This document shows, in pieces, positions 17,788 through 20,000 of a DNA stretch of 20,000 nucleotides. The notes under the pieces were generated by a model. It was not told where the DNA came from. It saw only the letters and a list, made by a program, of their open reading frames with translations, and did not search any database. The stretch covers positions 116,177 to 136,176 of the forward strand of contig CAXBME010000024.1 in NCBI GenBank assembly GCA_963976765.1. Direction: 5' to 3'. The stretch's first letter is position 1; each line of letters starts with the position of its first letter. Origin of the DNA: an uncultured Planctomycetaceae bacterium (GTDB taxonomy: Bacteria; Planctomycetota; Planctomycetia; Planctomycetales; Planctomycetaceae). The translations under genes and the position numbers were made by a program.

Positions 17788-19623
17788 ATGAAATTCCTGA
17801 CTGTGTTACTGCTGCTGATGTGTGCTGTGGCGTCGGCGGAAGATCGACCGAACATCCTCTGGCTGACCTGCGAAGATAACAGCGTTGACTGGGTCGGCTG
17901 CTACGGGAATCCTCATGCCGACACGCCGAATATCGACGCGCTGGCTGCCGAAGGTTTTCAGTACATGCACTGCTACGCAAACGCTCCGGTCTGTGCTCCG
18001 TCGAGAAGCACGTGGATTACCGGCGTGCATGCTCTGTCGATGGGCACTCATCCGATGCGCAGCCGGTATCCGATTCCGCATGACAGGATCAGCTACTACC
18101 CGGACCTGCTGAAGAAGGCCGGGTACTACGTCGGTAACGCCACCAAGACGGACTACAACATCGGCGGTCGCGACGACAAGGAAGCCTGGGACACGAACAG
18201 AGCCGACTGGAAAGTTCTGAAGCAACAGCAGCCGTTTTTTATGGTGATCAACAATACGAAATCTCATGAGTCGAAAGCGTTCGGCGACGTCAACAACACG
18301 ACTCACAGCCCGGACAACGTGCGGTTGGCGAAGTATCACCCGGACATTCCAGACATCCGCAAGAACTACGCTCACTACCACGACCAGATGAAGAAGATGG
18401 ATGCCGACATCGGGCTTGCTCTGGAAGAACTGGAAAAAAGCGGCCTCGCGGAGAACACCATCGTCATTCACAACTCAGACCACGGCGGCGTCATTGCTCG
18501 CAGCAAGCGGTTTCTGTTCAACAGCGGAACGCACTGCCCGCTCATTATTCGTATTCCGGAAAAGTTCAAACACCTTCGTCCGGCAGAACCCGGTACAAAA
18601 ATCGACAGACTTGTCAGCTTTATCGATATGACAAAGACTTGGCTGAAAATCTGCGGAGCCGAAACGCCCGACTATCTGCAAGGCAAGACGTTCCTCGGAC
18701 CTGGTGAAGAAGAGCGGGATTACCACGTCAGTTTCCGAACTCGTATGGACGAACGGTGCGACAACGTCCGCGCGATTCGGGATCAGAGATTCCTCTACAT
18801 CCGCAACTACATGCCGTACGCACCGTGGGGTCAGCACCTCAATTACCTGTGGACGATGAAAGCGACCGCGGCCTGGGAAGCCCATCATCGAGCCGGAAAG
18901 ACCGACGCTGTCACTGGCCGGTTCTTCGGCACCAAACCGATGCACGAGCTGTATGACACCAGCGTCGACCCGGACAATGTCAACAATCTGGTTGACGATC
19001 CGAAATATGCGGATGAAGTCGCGAGACTGAGCAAAGCTCTCGATGAATGGCAGGTCAGGAATTTCGATTCAGGACTGCTGCCCGAAAGCGAAATCGTCAA
19101 ACGGTCAGAAGACGCAGGAACGACGATCTACGATCTTGTCCGTGACCCGGCGATCTACGACCTGAAGGCTTATCAAAATGCTTCGGCGAAGGCGCTGTCG
19201 CTGGATGCTGCCAACCTGCCAGGCTTTTATCGCGACCTGAGTCACGTCGATTCGGGAGTCCGGTACTGGGCGATGGTCGGATGCTTCAATCTTCAGAAAA
19301 CCACTCGCCTGGATACTGACTTCGTTCGAAGAAGTCTCAGCGATGAGTCTCACCACGTCCGGGCTATGGCAGCCTGGATTCTGTACCGGGCTGGCGACAA
19401 GTCTACCGCTCAGGAGTGCTGGAATGACATGCTTAGAAACAGCTCGTACGCGTCTCTTAAAATTTTCAACATCATCGACTGGATCGGCGACGGCACGGAG
19501 CCTTACGCCGACGCCATGAAAGCCTGCGAGTTCAGCCACGGAGGCTACGTCGACAGGATGAAGCAGTACCTGGGCATCGCGAAGGCCGAAGTGAATAAGA
19601 AGCGTCAGAAGGCAGCGAAGTAA
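17788..19623 (+). CDS. Secreted formylglycine-dependent (S1) sulfatase with a helical C-terminal extension
   Basis: Signal peptide; RPNILWLTCED; CAPSRSTWITG (CxPxR, Cys at 17992); SDHG, LYIRNY and ELYD motifs; HEAT-like tail (SGVRYWA, HHVRAMAAW). Confidence 0.93.
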   Translation: MKFLTVLLLLMCAVASAEDRPNILWLTCEDNSVDWVGCYGNPHADTPNIDALAAEGFQYMHCYANAPVCAPSRSTWITGVHALSMGTHPMRSRYPIPHDRISYYPDLLKKAGYYVGNATKTDYNIGGRDDKEAWDTNRADWKVLKQQQPFFMVINNTKSHESKAFGDVNNTTHSPDNVRLAKYHPDIPDIRKNYAHYHDQMKKMDADIGLALEELEKSGLAENTIVIHNSDHGGVIARSKRFLFNSGTHCPLIIRIPEKFKHLRPAEPGTKIDRLVSFIDMTKTWLKICGAETPDYLQGKTFLGPGEEERDYHVSFRTRMDERCDNVRAIRDQRFLYIRNYMPYAPWGQHLNYLWTMKATAAWEAHHRAGKTDAVTGRFFGTKPMHELYDTSVDPDNVNNLVDDPKYADEVARLSKALDEWQVRNFDSGLLPESEIVKRSEDAGTTIYDLVRDPAIYDLKAYQNASAKALSLDAANLPGFYRDLSHVDSGVRYWAMVGCFNLQKTTRLDTDFVRRSLSDESHHVRAMAAWILYRAGDKSTAQECWNDMLRNSSYASLKIFNIIDWIGDGTEPYADAMKACEFSHGGYVDRMKQYLGIAKAEVNKKRQKAAK

Positions 19624-19854
19624 CCTGTTCCGATCAGGATTCGGCGATTGGGCCGCCGCTCTTCGCTGTGCGTGTCGAAGCTTTCAGGGAGTGAGTCTAC
19701 GCCCCAGGCATTACGTCAATTTATGGTGCGTCAAAACGCCCTCTGTGGAGCAAACGATGATGAGACTGCTCGTTCGATCTGTGTTTCCACTCATCCTGAG
19801 GCGGCGGCGATTATGAATCGACCAACGCGATTGCCGTACCTGCGGGCGATGGCC

Positions 19855-20000
19855 TGACCTTGCCCCCGTTCCTGGTCCAGTTGCTATGTGAGTTGTGAGT
19901 TTTTCTTCTTTGCCAGTCCTTCGGCGAGCCCCGTTCGCCTTCGCCGTCGTCTCGGCCTGCACTGGTGCTTCTGGGGTTGAGACGACGGTGATGGCGGGCG
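19855..20000 (-). mobile_element. Probable terminus (right IR) of an IS3-family element extending beyond the window
   Basis: TGACCTTGCCCCCGTTCCTGGTCCAG resembles the TGACCTGCCCCC-type 5'-TG termini of IS3/IS407-group elements. No transposase motif lies within the window. Confidence 0.45.

Overview
This is a GC-rich window with a Planctomycetota signature (DUF1501, DUF1549/DUF1553, LEPR-XLL-like leader, sulfatase). From left to right it holds a degenerate IS66 remnant and six co-oriented minus-strand genes: a sterol desaturase-family gene, two DUF1549/DUF1553 + DUF1501 pairs, and an efflux adaptor with no transporter. A plus-strand two-gene cassette follows, then alkC, a small membrane protein, a secreted sulfatase and a probable IS3-family end. 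The standout is the cassette at 11784-15628. Its first protein has a LEPR-XLL-type export leader, a very acidic Ala-rich rod of 27 + 27 eleven-residue repeats split by a central Pro break (a probable antiparallel helical hairpin), a poly-Pro hinge, and a C-terminal CheD/NTAN1/CNF1-like Cys-His deamidase domain. A membrane-anchored ORF follows across an AT-rich gap. This looks like a candidate planctomycete polymorphic toxin/immunity (or effector) module. All calls come from motif recognition by eye; no searches were run.
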